Shown here: positions 22,326 to 32,378 of the stretch, piece after piece
Numbering within the stretch: position 1 is the first letter of the stretch
Layout of the letters: every line of letters begins with the position of its first letter
DNA from: Candidatus Dadabacteria bacterium
GTDB lineage: Bacteria; Desulfobacterota_D; UBA1144; Nemesobacterales; Nemesobacteraceae
Direction: 5' to 3'
Length of the DNA: 64,000 nt
Assembly: GCA_009840385.1 (NCBI GenBank)
Contig: VXNX01000009.1
Coordinates: forward strand, 101,585-165,584
Notes under the pieces: generated by a model
Told to the model about the DNA's origin: nothing
The model's input: only the letters and a program-made list of their open reading frames with translations
Database searches by the model: none
Position numbers and translations under genes: made by a program

Positions 22326-23621
22326 TCAGCTTCTTACTTGACCGTCTCCCCTTACCACGAACTTAGAAGTCGTGAGTTCCTCAAGCCCCATGGGACCGAA
22401 CGCGTGCAGTTTGGAGGTGCTTATGCCTATCTCGGCACCAAGACCCAGCTGGAAACCGTCATTGAACCTGGTCGACGTGTTGACCATGACTGCGGAGGAA
22501 TCCACCTCTTTTACGAATTTCTCAGAGTTTTCAGTGTCTTCCGTAACTATGGCATCTGTGTGCATGGAACCGTAAGTCTGTATATGGTCTATCGCCTCAT
22601 CGATCGTCGCAACGATTCTTACGTTGAGGACAAGGTCAAGATACTCCTCATACCAGTCCTCTTCGGCGGCCGAGGCCACCTGGGGAAGAAGTTCCCTTGT
22701 GTTCTCGCATCCCTTTATTGTGACTCCTTCTCCTTCAAGCCTTTTTATGGCGGCGGGTAGGAAGTCGCCCGCTACCGAGGAGTGAACAAGCATGGTCTCC
22801 ATAGAGTTACACACCCCGGGTCTCTGGACCTTCGCGTTTCGGCATATTTCTTCGGCCATTGCGAGGTCGGCGTGCTCATCCACGTAAACGTGGCAGACGC
22901 CCTTGTAGTGCTTGAGAACCGGAATCCTCGAGTTCTCTGCGACAAACCTTATAAGCCCCTCCCCTCCCCTGGGGATAATGAGATCTATTTTGTCTTCAAG
23001 CTTGAGCATCTCGGTCACGACCTCCCTGTCTGCAACCGGGACGACCTGTGCCGTGTAGGGAGAAAGACCGCTTCGGGAAAGGGAATCGGCCATAAGCCGG
23101 GAAATGGCCAGGTTGGATCTTATCGTCTCGGAACCGCCCCGGAGGATTACGGAATTGCCCGACTTGACGCATAGTCCCGCGGCGTCGGCCGTCACCCCGG
23201 GTCTTGACTCGTAGATGATTCCTATGACGCCCAGCGGAATCCTTTTTTTCTCAACCGAAATTCCGTTCGGCCTGTCCCACTTCGCCGATATCTTGCCCAC
23301 GGGATCAGGAAGTTCAGCTATCTCCCGCAGCCCGTCGGCTAGGGCGCTTATCCTCGAGGGGGCAAGCCTCAGGCGGTCGACAAGGGCGGCCGAGAAGCCT
23401 TTTTCCTCGGCGTCGGAAACATCCTTTGCGTTCTCAGAGAGCAGGTTGTCGGTTTCTCCCACCAGAAGTTCCGCGAAACGCAGAAGAAAGTCGTTTTTCT
23501 GGGAAGACGGGGCGGAAGCCAAAACTCTCGAGGCTTTTTTGGAATTCTCGGCAATGCCGCTGATCAGCTCCGCAGGGCTCATCGAGTCAGAAGACCCCGA
23601 TTCATCGTTTGAAAGAGACAT
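22326..23621 (-). CDS. proA: gamma-glutamyl phosphate reductase
   Basis: Aldehyde dehydrogenase fold with ProA-specific motifs (VILRGGSE, catalytic Cys region), 431 aa. Confidence 0.9.
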   Translation of the reverse strand: MSLSNDESGSSDSMSPAELISGIAENSKKASRVLASAPSSQKNDFLLRFAELLVGETDNLLSENAKDVSDAEEKGFSAALVDRLRLAPSRISALADGLREIAELPDPVGKISAKWDRPNGISVEKKRIPLGVIGIIYESRPGVTADAAGLCVKSGNSVILRGGSETIRSNLAISRLMADSLSRSGLSPYTAQVVPVADREVVTEMLKLEDKIDLIIPRGGEGLIRFVAENSRIPVLKHYKGVCHVYVDEHADLAMAEEICRNAKVQRPGVCNSMETMLVHSSVAGDFLPAAIKRLEGEGVTIKGCENTRELLPQVASAAEEDWYEEYLDLVLNVRIVATIDEAIDHIQTYGSMHTDAIVTEDTENSEKFVKEVDSSAVMVNTSTRFNDGFQLGLGAEIGISTSKLHAFGPMGLEELTTSKFVVRGDGQVRS

Positions 23622-23718
23622 CTGTGTTTCTCAGAAAGACTTTAACGCAATTTTACTATTATGATCTATAACCGCAAATAAATGAAGCGGCCGCGGAGAT
23701 ACGGCGCCCAGGTTCCCC

Positions 23719-24321
23719 TTATCCTATATTCACCGCGTCGCGCGCGATCAGGTAATCGAGTATCTGCTGTTTGCACTCCTCGATCGAGTGTTTCTCCGTG
23801 TCAATCACGATTTCGGGGTTCGAAGGTTCCTCGTACGGGTCGTCAATCCCCGTAAATCCCTTTATGACCCCCTCCCTGGCCTTCTTGTAAAGGCCCTTAA
23901 CGTCCCGCTGCTCGCACTGCTCGACCGAGCAGTCGACAAATACCTCGATGAACTCCCCTTCCTCCACAAGCTCCCTTATGGCGTCACGGTCTGCGCGGTA
24001 AGGAGAAACGAAGGCGGAGAGCACCAGAACTCCCGCGTCCATGAAAAGCTTCGATACCTCCCCTATTCTCCTTATATTCTCCTCGCGATCCTCGGCGGAA
24101 AAACCAAGATCCTTGCAGAGACCCATTCTGACATTGTCTCCGTCCAGTATGTAGGTGCGGTGGTTTCGCTGTATAAGTTCCTTTTCGATTTCATTGGCAA
24201 GAGTGGATTTCCCAGAACTCGGAAGTCCTGTGAACCATAGAATCAGGGAACCGTGGCCGTTTAGCCTTCTTCTGTCCTCTTTGGTAATTTCATGCTCGTG
24301 GGGAATAACAAACCTTTCCAT
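23719..24321 (-). CDS. cysC: adenylyl-sulfate kinase
   Basis: [16 protein letters not shown]-loop and the APS kinase family pattern, 200 aa. Confidence 0.85.
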   Translation of the reverse strand: MERFVIPHEHEITKEDRRRLNGHGSLILWFTGLPSSGKSTLANEIEKELIQRNHRTYILDGDNVRMGLCKDLGFSAEDREENIRRIGEVSKLFMDAGVLVLSAFVSPYRADRDAIRELVEEGEFIEVFVDCSVEQCEQRDVKGLYKKAREGVIKGFTGIDDPYEEPSNPEIVIDTEKHSIEECKQQILDYLIARDAVNIG

Positions 24322-24489
24322 TTATGTTGCCTCCAATGATTGTAAGATGCGGATATGATTTAAAAAAGAGAAGGGAAAACGGATTAAGACAGTCAAGCTT
24401 TTCGCGCTAATTCCTCTTTCTTCCCAAAGCTCTTGGGGCAACATTATACAGCACGGAAACAAGGGTTGTCCACACCAGTGGGAATTCGC

Positions 24490-26124
24490 TTAATCAGAGA
24501 GAAAATCCGCCCGGGTGAGGCGGGGTTTTTCTCTTCGCAGGCTTCTGCACAAAATTGCGAAAACAAGGAGCGCGGCGGGCAAAAACCGGGCAAGCATCCC
24601 GCTTCGAGATGTATATCGCACCTGCTCTTCCGCGGCGATTGCGCATCCCGAGCCACCCTGTCCCGTCTCCCTCTCCGGCGGCGGCATGGAATCCGGCAAA
24701 GTGGTATCCGGCTCCGGATCATTATCCCGGTTTGTGACCAAAACGTCAGCAGGATTAAAACCACGATAGAACCTGTCCCGACTCTCAGCCCTCTCAAGCA
24801 GAATGACGTAGCGCTTCGGCCCGTCTTCTTCACCGTCATCATTGACGCCGCTCACCGTAACCGTCTGCGCCATGGTCCAGTTAGCGGGCGTGAATTCAAG
24901 CGCCCGGGTATCGGCTACCCCCTCATCCGGATCGCTGCTGCGCACGGGGATTAGGACGCTGCTTATCGGCTCTGATTCAAGCTTCACCGAAAATGTCGCC
25001 GTCCCGCCGTCTTCCGTGGTAACAAGCCCCGAAGTCGGCGTGACGGTCACTCCAGTCGGCACGCAGGACGGCGGAAAGCCGTCGTCACTGATTTCCCAGC
25101 CCATATCCCTTAGCATGCCGAAGCTAAGATCCATATCTCTTGGAAACGGGTAAAGGTATTCCATAATGTCATCCGTATCCGTGTGAACATGGGTTATGGA
25201 GCTACCCCTGTCAAAACTTGAGGGGGCGTGAAGTTGCGGGCGGCCGTCTGAATCTATGCCGGCGGATTTAAGTTCAGCCATGCGTTGCCCGTAACTGCAA
25301 GAGCTTTCCCTTCTGGGACTGGGCCGCACTGTCCCATCCCACAGGAGACCGGTCTCCGAAGTAGCGGCCCGCCTTCTGCCCGGCGGTTCAAGGTTAACGA
25401 CAAATTCGCTGTCGGCTTCCGAATACATCTGCACATCGTAAATCCTTTGCCATTGCTCTATATCGATCCGAGTTCCGTCCTCCACATCAAGCGTCACTTG
25501 AGGAAAAGAACCGTCCTCCTGCAGAGAAGAATGAAATCCAAGCCCGTGAATAATCTCATGTATGGCGAGAGTGACAAAATCTACGGAAAACGACGGCGCC
25601 TCGTCGGTAAAACCGTAATAAAAGTCTGAACTCCTGGAGAACTCCATGATGAAATGAGGAATCGATTCATCCAAGAGTTCTCTTTGCGCGATCTTTTCCA
25701 CAAGCGCCGGGGGATACCCTATGTGATGCAGTTCCCGAGGACCGTAACTCAGAATCCGCCGCATGCGCGTAGTCGCGACCACGGTTTCATCTTTGAAGGA
25801 TTTGAAAAATGTCTCAACCCGGATGACATTCGCTCCGGGCAGCTTGTCCTCGAGCAAGCTGGCGGCATGCTCAAGGGCGTTTCTTCTCGCTTCTCCGAGC
25901 GTACTCGCGCTGTTGCCGCTGCGGGCGAGCAGATCCTTGTCTTCCTGCGTCAGTTCGGTCGGATCGTTAAACCCGACCCCCGCAGCGTCGGTGTAGAGAA
26001 ACCGGATTGTGACCGCGGTCGAGTGGGGAACCGCGGAGAGGAGGGTCAGGAGAAAGAAAAGGAATCCGGCCGAGAATACATCCGCCTTGAGTGGCTCGAT
26101 AAAAAATAATCTGAACTTACTCAT
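24490..26124 (-). CDS. secreted metzincin-like zinc metalloprotease with C-terminal membrane anchor
   Basis: N-terminal signal peptide (MSKFRLFF...). HEIIHGLGFH matches the metzincin HExxHxxGxxH motif. A beta-rich Calx-beta/cadherin-like repeat region. C-terminal hydrophobic helix followed by basic residues. Start placed at the internal ATG. Confidence 0.5.
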   Translation of the reverse strand: MSKFRLFFIEPLKADVFSAGFLFFLLTLLSAVPHSTAVTIRFLYTDAAGVGFNDPTELTQEDKDLLARSGNSASTLGEARRNALEHAASLLEDKLPGANVIRVETFFKSFKDETVVATTRMRRILSYGPRELHHIGYPPALVEKIAQRELLDESIPHFIMEFSRSSDFYYGFTDEAPSFSVDFVTLAIHEIIHGLGFHSSLQEDGSFPQVTLDVEDGTRIDIEQWQRIYDVQMYSEADSEFVVNLEPPGRRRAATSETGLLWDGTVRPSPRRESSCSYGQRMAELKSAGIDSDGRPQLHAPSSFDRGSSITHVHTDTDDIMEYLYPFPRDMDLSFGMLRDMGWEISDDGFPPSCVPTGVTVTPTSGLVTTEDGGTATFSVKLESEPISSVLIPVRSSDPDEGVADTRALEFTPANWTMAQTVTVSGVNDDGEEDGPKRYVILLERAESRDRFYRGFNPADVLVTNRDNDPEPDTTLPDSMPPPERETGQGGSGCAIAAEEQVRYTSRSGMLARFLPAALLVFAILCRSLRREKPRLTRADFLSD

Positions 26125-26416
26125 AGTACCAAAGCCGCTTCGAGCTTTATCCCCCAAGGAAGTTCAGATCCTCAAAAGCGCTGAAGCGAGGTTTCGTTGT
26201 GGGAAGAGGCGCACAGCTGCTGTTTTCAGCGTAGTTATAAGCCGTCGCAGACGGAGTATGCCTTGGATCACCCTCTTTCAAATCCGCTTCGGACATTATA
26301 TAACAAACCCTTGATTCTTGATACCATAATAATTAGAATCTAGTTCCGAAAGCGGCGCAGGATTTCCCGGCAGCGCTTCCGCATAGTAACCGGAACCTGG
26401 TTCTCAAGAGCAGTTT

Positions 26417-26854
26417 ATGGCTTCTGAACGCAAAGACAAGCTTGTGAGTCTGAGACTTCCCCCAAGTCACTACAATTATCTGCGTTCACGTGCGCGCGCG
26501 AAGAGAATAACCCTAAGCGAATTCATGAGGACGATTATTGAAAAGGACCAGAAGGAATCCGGAGACAATGAGCCTACCCTGACCGAGGTGATCATTTATC
26601 TGAGAAAGCTCACCGATTCGCAAAGAGGCGAGCTTTTAGACAGAATAGAGGGCAGCGAAAAAAGAAAGATCACATCTTTCATAAACGACGTAATCAGCCG
26701 GGAACCCGACATTAAAGGGAAAAAACTGTGCAGGGTGGTAAGCAAGGAGCTCAACCTGCCTGAGACTCTGGACCTCAGGCGCAAGGTCTACTTGAGGCTC
26801 AAAAGCTTCAGAAGAAAGAAAAAACTCGTGGAAGGCCTTGAAAACAAATACTAG
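26417..26854 (+). CDS. hypothetical protein with N-terminal ribbon-helix-helix-like DNA-binding region
   Basis: LVSLRLPPSHYNYLRSRARAKRITLSEFMRTII resembles CopG/Arc RHH. Basic C-terminal tail. Confidence 0.3.
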   Translation: MASERKDKLVSLRLPPSHYNYLRSRARAKRITLSEFMRTIIEKDQKESGDNEPTLTEVIIYLRKLTDSQRGELLDRIEGSEKRKITSFINDVISREPDIKGKKLCRVVSKELNLPETLDLRRKVYLRLKSFRRKKKLVEGLENKY

Positions 26855-26959
26855 ATGCGATACGGAACCCCGGTTGAATCAGCGAAACCCGCTCTGAACA
26901 CAGATCTGAAGTTAAAAATAAAACACTCATTCCCAATCGCATAAGCATGGAGGCAAAAA

Positions 26960-27379
26960 ATGGAAAGAACATTGTCGATAGTAAAGCCTGACGGTGTCGA
27001 GAAGAACCTGATCGGCGAAGTCCTGCGAAGGTTCGAAGAGAAGGAAATAAGCGTTGTCGCCGTAAAAATGATACGTCTTTCAAAAAGGCAGGCCGAAGGA
27101 TTTTACCATGTGCACAGGGAAAGACCTTTTTTCTCAAGCTTAACGGACTTTATGTCCTCCGGACCGTGCGTAGTAATGGTTCTTGAGGGCGAGGATGCCA
27201 TCTCGAGGGTAAGGGCCATCATGGGCGCCACGAACCCGGAGGAAGCGGATCCCGGAACCATAAGGAAGGATTTTGCTTCCGGCATAGAAAAGAACATAGT
27301 TCACGGGTCCGACTCGCCGGAATCGGCCGCCTACGAAATAGGGTATTTCTTCAATCAACTTGAAATAAACGGCCGATAA
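26960..27379 (+). CDS. ndk: nucleoside diphosphate kinase
   Basis: [13 protein letters not shown] start and NIVHGSDS active-site His motif, 139 aa. Confidence 0.9.
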   Translation: MERTLSIVKPDGVEKNLIGEVLRRFEEKEISVVAVKMIRLSKRQAEGFYHVHRERPFFSSLTDFMSSGPCVVMVLEGEDAISRVRAIMGATNPEEADPGTIRKDFASGIEKNIVHGSDSPESAAYEIGYFFNQLEINGR

Positions 27380-27423
27380 GGTTCCAACCGCGGGCCGCTT
27401 CGGCCGAGGAGAAAAAGCAGGTC

Positions 27424-28386
27424 GTGTCTAGAGAGAAAAACACCGGCGCCCACCCGGTCACAGTACTTAAAAGCTCCCAGCCCCTTCTGGCCGAAGAGTT
27501 CATCGAAAAACTTAAAGAAAACCTCTCGGCCGCTTCCCCGAAGCTGCTTTTTGAGAGCAAAAACCTGGACGACGTGTCCCTCCCGGAAATACTTGAGGAC
27601 GCGCGGACCCTGCCCATGTTTCACGAGAAAAAACTCATCGTTGCAAAGGGTTACGACGGGCTGGGGAAAGACGATCTTGATCTCCTAAACGAATATTCCG
27701 CCTCTCCAGCTTCTTTCTCCGTGCTGGTTCTGCTCTCCCAGGGGTCCCGGAAGGGTAAAAGCAAACCCGCAAAGAGCATCAGGCTCGTTGACCTTGACAG
27801 CGGCAGCAATGTTGACCGGGAGATAAGACGCCTCGCTGAGAAACTCGGGGTGGTTCTCGCCCCGGGAGCCGTCGGGTTCATAAAAACCATGCTCGGCGAA
27901 GATATGAACCTCATCAGGAATGAACTTGAGAAAATATCCCTTTACCGTAAAGGGGAAAAAGCCATAGGCGAGGAGGATTTAAGGGAGCTTATGGAAAAAC
28001 AGAGTACTGAGAACGTATTTTCTCTTTCAACAGCACTTTCAAACAGGGATCTAAAAGGATCTCTAAGAATACTCAGGGAACTTGAGAAAAACAGGGAAGA
28101 CCCCCTGTCCATACTCTACATGATAGCCTGGAGATTCCGCCAGATATTCAAGGTCTCGCAGTTTCTTCGGGAAGGAAAATCGGACGAAGGGATCGCCAAA
28201 GCCATCAAGACATCCCGAGGGGCCGTCTTTTACCTTAAAAAAAGCGTGCGCAACTTCAGGGAAAACGATCTTGGCAGGATACTTGGGCTTATAGAGGAAA
28301 CGGACTTCGGAATCAAAAACAGTTCCGGGAACAATTACATACTTCTTGAGAAACTTCTGCTGGGGATCTGCTCGCAGGAAACCTAG
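27424..28386 (+). CDS. holA: DNA polymerase III delta subunit
   Basis: Size and domain pattern of HolA (N-terminal Rossmann-like region, helical C-terminus). Adjacent to rpsT as in many genomes. Confidence 0.6.
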   Translation: MSREKNTGAHPVTVLKSSQPLLAEEFIEKLKENLSAASPKLLFESKNLDDVSLPEILEDARTLPMFHEKKLIVAKGYDGLGKDDLDLLNEYSASPASFSVLVLLSQGSRKGKSKPAKSIRLVDLDSGSNVDREIRRLAEKLGVVLAPGAVGFIKTMLGEDMNLIRNELEKISLYRKGEKAIGEEDLRELMEKQSTENVFSLSTALSNRDLKGSLRILRELEKNREDPLSILYMIAWRFRQIFKVSQFLREGKSDEGIAKAIKTSRGAVFYLKKSVRNFRENDLGRILGLIEETDFGIKNSSGNNYILLEKLLLGICSQET

Positions 28387-28664
28387 GAACCAGCGCTCTG
28401 GCTAAGATCTGAAAGCTTCTTTGAGAACCTCGATACGTATCTTGAGGCTTTTTTCTTGTGAATAACCCCTTTCGTGGCGGCCTTGTCGGTGAGGGAAACC
28501 AGTTCCTTGAGAAGAGTCTGGGATTGTTCGATATCCTCGTTCTCAACAACTTCCGAGTAACGCTTGATCTTGGTTTTAAGAGTGGACGTTACGAACCTGT
28601 TTCTCTCCCGTCTTTTAAGATTCTGGCGATGCTTTTTCTGCGCCGATTTCGTTCTAAGGCCCAT
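28383..28664 (-). CDS. rpsT: 30S ribosomal protein S20
   Basis: MGLRTKSAQKKHRQNLKRRERN, a highly basic 93 aa protein. Confidence 0.9.
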   Translation of the reverse strand: MGLRTKSAQKKHRQNLKRRERNRFVTSTLKTKIKRYSEVVENEDIEQSQTLLKELVSLTDKAATKGVIHKKKASRYVSRFSKKLSDLSQSAGS

Positions 28665-28993
28665 AAAAATCCTCCAGGGTTTAAAAATGAAGGTTGAATT
28701 CTACATCTTCTCCCCGCATTGTCAATAAGAACTAAAGGGGATTATATATTTACCTGCCCGGATGGTATATAATCGCTTTTCGCTATAAGACGACGAGATA
28801 TTGTTGAAACTACTTTTTGCATTGCAACCCTAGCATCATAATTAGACATTCAGATTCAGAGGATGTATACAAAGATATACTCTTTAATAGAGAACAAAGC
28901 ATAAACCTAATCCAGCCATTTCTTTCAGACCCTTTAATCTTTCCGGAGCGCACATATGCCATTCAAGACTGAAAGAACCTCAGATGACCGAAG

Positions 28994-29485
28994 ATGACCG
29001 ATTTCCTCATACGGCTTGAAACGGACAGCGACCGGGAAGGAATTGAAGAACTTCTGCTTGAGGCCTTCCCTTCTCCTTCTGAAGCGGGGCTCGTGCGACA
29101 GTTGCGGGAAGACGGCGATGTGGTGTTCTCCTTAGTCGCCGTAGAAGGTGGGAAAGTCATCGGCCAGGCCCTTTTCTCCAAACTGCTCGCGCCATCCGGC
29201 GCGTTGGCTCTGGGTCCAGTTGCAGTTACGGAAAGCAGACGCCGCCGGGGAATTGCCGCTACCCTAATCGAGAACGGGCTCAAACGGGCAAGGGATGATG
29301 GCTGGACGGCGGTCGTAGTACTTGGCGACCCGCCCTATTACCAGCGTTTTGGATTCAGCCAAAAGACCGTGGAGGGTATGTCATGCCGATATGCCGGACC
29401 TTACCTGATGGGACTGGCTCTTGCGGGAAGAGGATTCGAGGGAACGCGCATCGAATACGCGCCCGCCTTCTCGAAGCTTTCATGA
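28994..29485 (+). CDS. GNAT-family N-acetyltransferase
   Basis: RRRGIAATLIENGLKRARDDGW acetyl-CoA binding motif A, 163 aa. Confidence 0.7.
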   Translation: MTDFLIRLETDSDREGIEELLLEAFPSPSEAGLVRQLREDGDVVFSLVAVEGGKVIGQALFSKLLAPSGALALGPVAVTESRRRRGIAATLIENGLKRARDDGWTAVVVLGDPPYYQRFGFSQKTVEGMSCRYAGPYLMGLALAGRGFEGTRIEYAPAFSKLS

Positions 29486-29588
29486 AAAAGGTCTGTTCAT
29501 ATGCCCCTGGTTCGCACTAGGAGCCCTGCCGCGGCGTCTTTCCTGCATTCCAGGATTGACAATGTCGGGGCGCTTTTCTGTGCCATAC

Positions 29589-31019
29589 CTACCGTGACTT
29601 CTTTCTCGGACGCCTTTTCATAATGTGGGTGCTTGCCCCGTATATGCCTTCTGCCGCCTCCATAATGGTCTCGGTGAGAGTCGGATGAGGATGTATTGAA
29701 AAAGCTATATCCTCAGCAGTCGCGCCCATTTCAATTGCCAGTACGGATTCCGATATTAACTCCCCCGCCTGCGGTCCGACAATTCCGACGCCGATCACCC
29801 TCCCGGTCCCCTTATCGGTTATGAGCTTCGTCAGGCCATCGGTCCTGTTAAGCGTAAGGGCCCTTCCCGATGCCGCCCATGGAAACTTAGACACATTCAC
29901 TTCCATCCCCGACTCCTTGGCCTCGCTTTCGGTAACCCCGCACCAGGCGATTTCGGGGTCGGTAAAAATTACCGCCGGAACGGCTCTTGGGTCGTACTGG
30001 GTCTTGGCTCCGGTTATAACCTCCGCCACGATCTTGGCTTCATACGTCGCCTTGTGGGCAAGCATGGGTTCCCCGGCAACATCCCCAATGGCAAAAATCG
30101 CCGGATCGGCGGTTCTTCTCTGTGAATCCGTTTCTATAAAGCCCTTCCCGTCCACCTCGACCCGGGTGTTATCAAGGCCGAGACCTTCCGTGTTCGGCAC
30201 TCTTCCGACCGAGATCAGGACCTTTTCGTATTTCTCGTGGAAGCTTTTCCCGTCGGCTTCAAATGAAACTTGAACTTCGTTGTCTAACTCATTGATAGAA
30301 ATCAGCTTTGTCTCAAGCATTATGGAGCGGAATTTCCGGTCGAGCCTCTTTTTAAGGACCGCCGCAAGATCCCTGTCAACCCCCTGGACGATCCCGGGAA
30401 GCATCTCGACAACGGTGACCTCGGTGCCGAGAGAAGAGAAAAACGTTCCAAGCTCAAGGCCTATGTAGCCTCCGCCAACCACGAGCAGGCTCTTCGGAAT
30501 CTCTCCCAGGGACAAAGCGCCGTCTGAATCGACCACGTTCGGGGAACTGAAATCCACTCCCGGGATTCTCCTCGAGACAGAACCCGTGGAGATAACGGCG
30601 TTTTCGAACACTACTTCCCGCTCCTCGCCGGAGGCCGTTACGACGCGAAGGGTGCCGGAAGAGGTAAAAGACGCCCTTCCCCGCAGGTAATTTACTTTTC
30701 TCGCCCTAACAAGCGTGCGAAGCCCGCCCGTTAGCTTTGAGACCACCTCGTCTTTCCACGAAAAAAGCTTCTCGGGGTCAATCTCCGGTTCCCCGTAGCT
30801 AAGGCCGAAATCCGCCGCGTCCCTTGCCTCCTCGGCTACTTTTGCCGCGTGAAGAAGTGCCTTTGAAGGTATGCACCCCCTGTAGAGACAGACTCCTCCG
30901 GGGTTTAGCTCAGGATCTATAAGCGTTACTTTCTTTCCCTTGTCGGCAAGCGCAAACGCCGCGGGATAGCCCCCGGGGCCCGCTCCTATTACCACTACTT
31001 CCGTTACCACTCTCTCCAT
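29589..31019 (-). CDS. lpdA: dihydrolipoyl dehydrogenase (E3)
   Basis: GAGPGGYPAA FAD-binding site, redox-active GGVCLYRGCIPSK disulfide motif, C-terminal dimerisation domain with HPHPTLTE. Confidence 0.9.
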   Translation of the reverse strand: MERVVTEVVVIGAGPGGYPAAFALADKGKKVTLIDPELNPGGVCLYRGCIPSKALLHAAKVAEEARDAADFGLSYGEPEIDPEKLFSWKDEVVSKLTGGLRTLVRARKVNYLRGRASFTSSGTLRVVTASGEEREVVFENAVISTGSVSRRIPGVDFSSPNVVDSDGALSLGEIPKSLLVVGGGYIGLELGTFFSSLGTEVTVVEMLPGIVQGVDRDLAAVLKKRLDRKFRSIMLETKLISINELDNEVQVSFEADGKSFHEKYEKVLISVGRVPNTEGLGLDNTRVEVDGKGFIETDSQRRTADPAIFAIGDVAGEPMLAHKATYEAKIVAEVITGAKTQYDPRAVPAVIFTDPEIAWCGVTESEAKESGMEVNVSKFPWAASGRALTLNRTDGLTKLITDKGTGRVIGVGIVGPQAGELISESVLAIEMGATAEDIAFSIHPHPTLTETIMEAAEGIYGASTHIMKRRPRKKSR

Positions 31020-31025
31020 CGCCCG

Positions 31026-32378
31026 CTACACCCCTTCGAATATGCTCTCGGGAGAACGCTCAAGCATCTCGCAGAGCCACCTGAGGAACCTGGCCGCCTC
31101 CGCCCCGTCTATAATCCTGTGATCGTAAGAAAGCGAAAGCGGGAGCATGAACCTCGGCGTAAACTCCCCATCAACATACACAGGCTCAAAGGAGGACCTT
31201 GAGACTCCCAGTATGGCGATTTCGGGCGGATTGAGAATCGGGGTAAAGAAGGTCCCCCCTATTCCCCCGAGGTTGGTTATGGTGAAGCTTCCTCCCTGGA
31301 GCCTGTCGGCAGAGAGCTTTTTCTCCCTCGCCGCAGAAGAGATCTCCGTTAACTCGACCGATATCTGCGTTATGTCTTTTTGGTCGACATCCCTTATCAC
31401 CGGAACAAGAAGTCCTCTTTCCGTATCCACCGCAACCCCGATGTTTATGTATTTTTTGTAAACGATCGTGCGGCTGCCCATATGTATGCTTGAATTAAAT
31501 TTCGGGAACTCAGAAAGTGCCCAGGAAAGGGCCTTTACCAGAATCGCGGTTACGGTAAGGTTCCCCCCGGCTTCCGCCACCTTGTCCCTGTTAAGTTTCC
31601 TGAGAGCCTCAAGCTGGGTGGCGTCCGCCTTGTCAAACTGCGTTACGTGCGGGGCCATCCACGCTTGGGAAAGGCGCTCGGCCGTAAGCTTCCTCACGGT
31701 CGAGAAACTCTCGGTAACCGTTTCTCCCCATCTTGAAAAATCCGGAAGTTCGGGTTCCGGAGGCGCCACCGGCTGGGCGGGGAAAGCAGACCTTATTATG
31801 GCCTTGGCGTGAACCTTTACGTCCTTTTCGAGTATCCTCCCGCGGGGACCAGTTCCCGAAACGGATGAAAGCTCTACGCCGAGCTCCCTCGCAAGACGTC
31901 TCACAGAAGGTGCCGCCGCCACTGCGAGAGGTCCAGGAGGGGCGATATCGTCCGCGGGCGCGCTTTTGGGTGGTGAGGTCTGTTTCTTTTCCTCTTCGGG
32001 TTCTTTTTCGGGAAGGGGCGACTGCGCCGCGACGGGTTTTTCCTCTTCTGCGGCCACGGGGACATCTTCTGGGGGTTCCTTGCCTTCATCGTCCCCGTTC
32101 ATTCTCACGAGCACCTGGCTTATTTCCACCGTATCCCCGGCGCTTACGCACACATCGACAATTGTTCCGTCGGCCGGGGAAGGAATCTCGACGGCGGCCT
32201 TGTCCGTTTCCACCTCAAGCAGGGGCTGCTCGAGCGTGACCCTGTCTCCGGGCGAAACGAAAACCTCTATCACCTGCCCGGATTCTATCCCTTCTCCAAG
32301 TTCGGGAAGCCTGAATTCTATCAACTTATTTTCCTCGTCACGTGACCGCGGGGTTGGGCTTCCCCCGGTCGATTCCAA
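31026..32378 (-). CDS. aceF: dihydrolipoamide acetyltransferase (E2) of the pyruvate dehydrogenase complex
   Basis: Lipoyl domain VETDKAAVEIPSP, Pro/Ala-rich linkers, C-terminal catalytic domain with DHRIIDGA. Confidence 0.85.
   Translation of the reverse strand: MESTGGSPTPRSRDEENKLIEFRLPELGEGIESGQVIEVFVSPGDRVTLEQPLLEVETDKAAVEIPSPADGTIVDVCVSAGDTVEISQVLVRMNGDDEGKEPPEDVPVAAEEEKPVAAQSPLPEKEPEEEKKQTSPPKSAPADDIAPPGPLAVAAAPSVRRLARELGVELSSVSGTGPRGRILEKDVKVHAKAIIRSAFPAQPVAPPEPELPDFSRWGETVTESFSTVRKLTAERLSQAWMAPHVTQFDKADATQLEALRKLNRDKVAEAGGNLTVTAILVKALSWALSEFPKFNSSIHMGSRTIVYKKYINIGVAVDTERGLLVPVIRDVDQKDITQISVELTEISSAAREKKLSADRLQGGSFTITNLGGIGGTFFTPILNPPEIAILGVSRSSFEPVYVDGEFTPRFMLPLSLSYDHRIIDGAEAARFLRWLCEMLERSPESIFEGV

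Noticed and set aside
24433-24954. 173-aa plus-strand ORF and neighbouring small ORFs overlapping the 3' part of the metzincin-like gene
   Set aside because: Arg/Pro-rich low-complexity translation antisense to a gene with a clear signal peptide and HExxH motif. Judged non-coding.
26096-26110. Apparent 1-nt inconsistency between my manual coordinate count and the ORF-track frames near 26.1 kb
   Set aside because: Most likely my own miscount of a poly-A run when reading the sequence by eye. The ORF-track coordinates were trusted and no frameshift or pseudogene was called.
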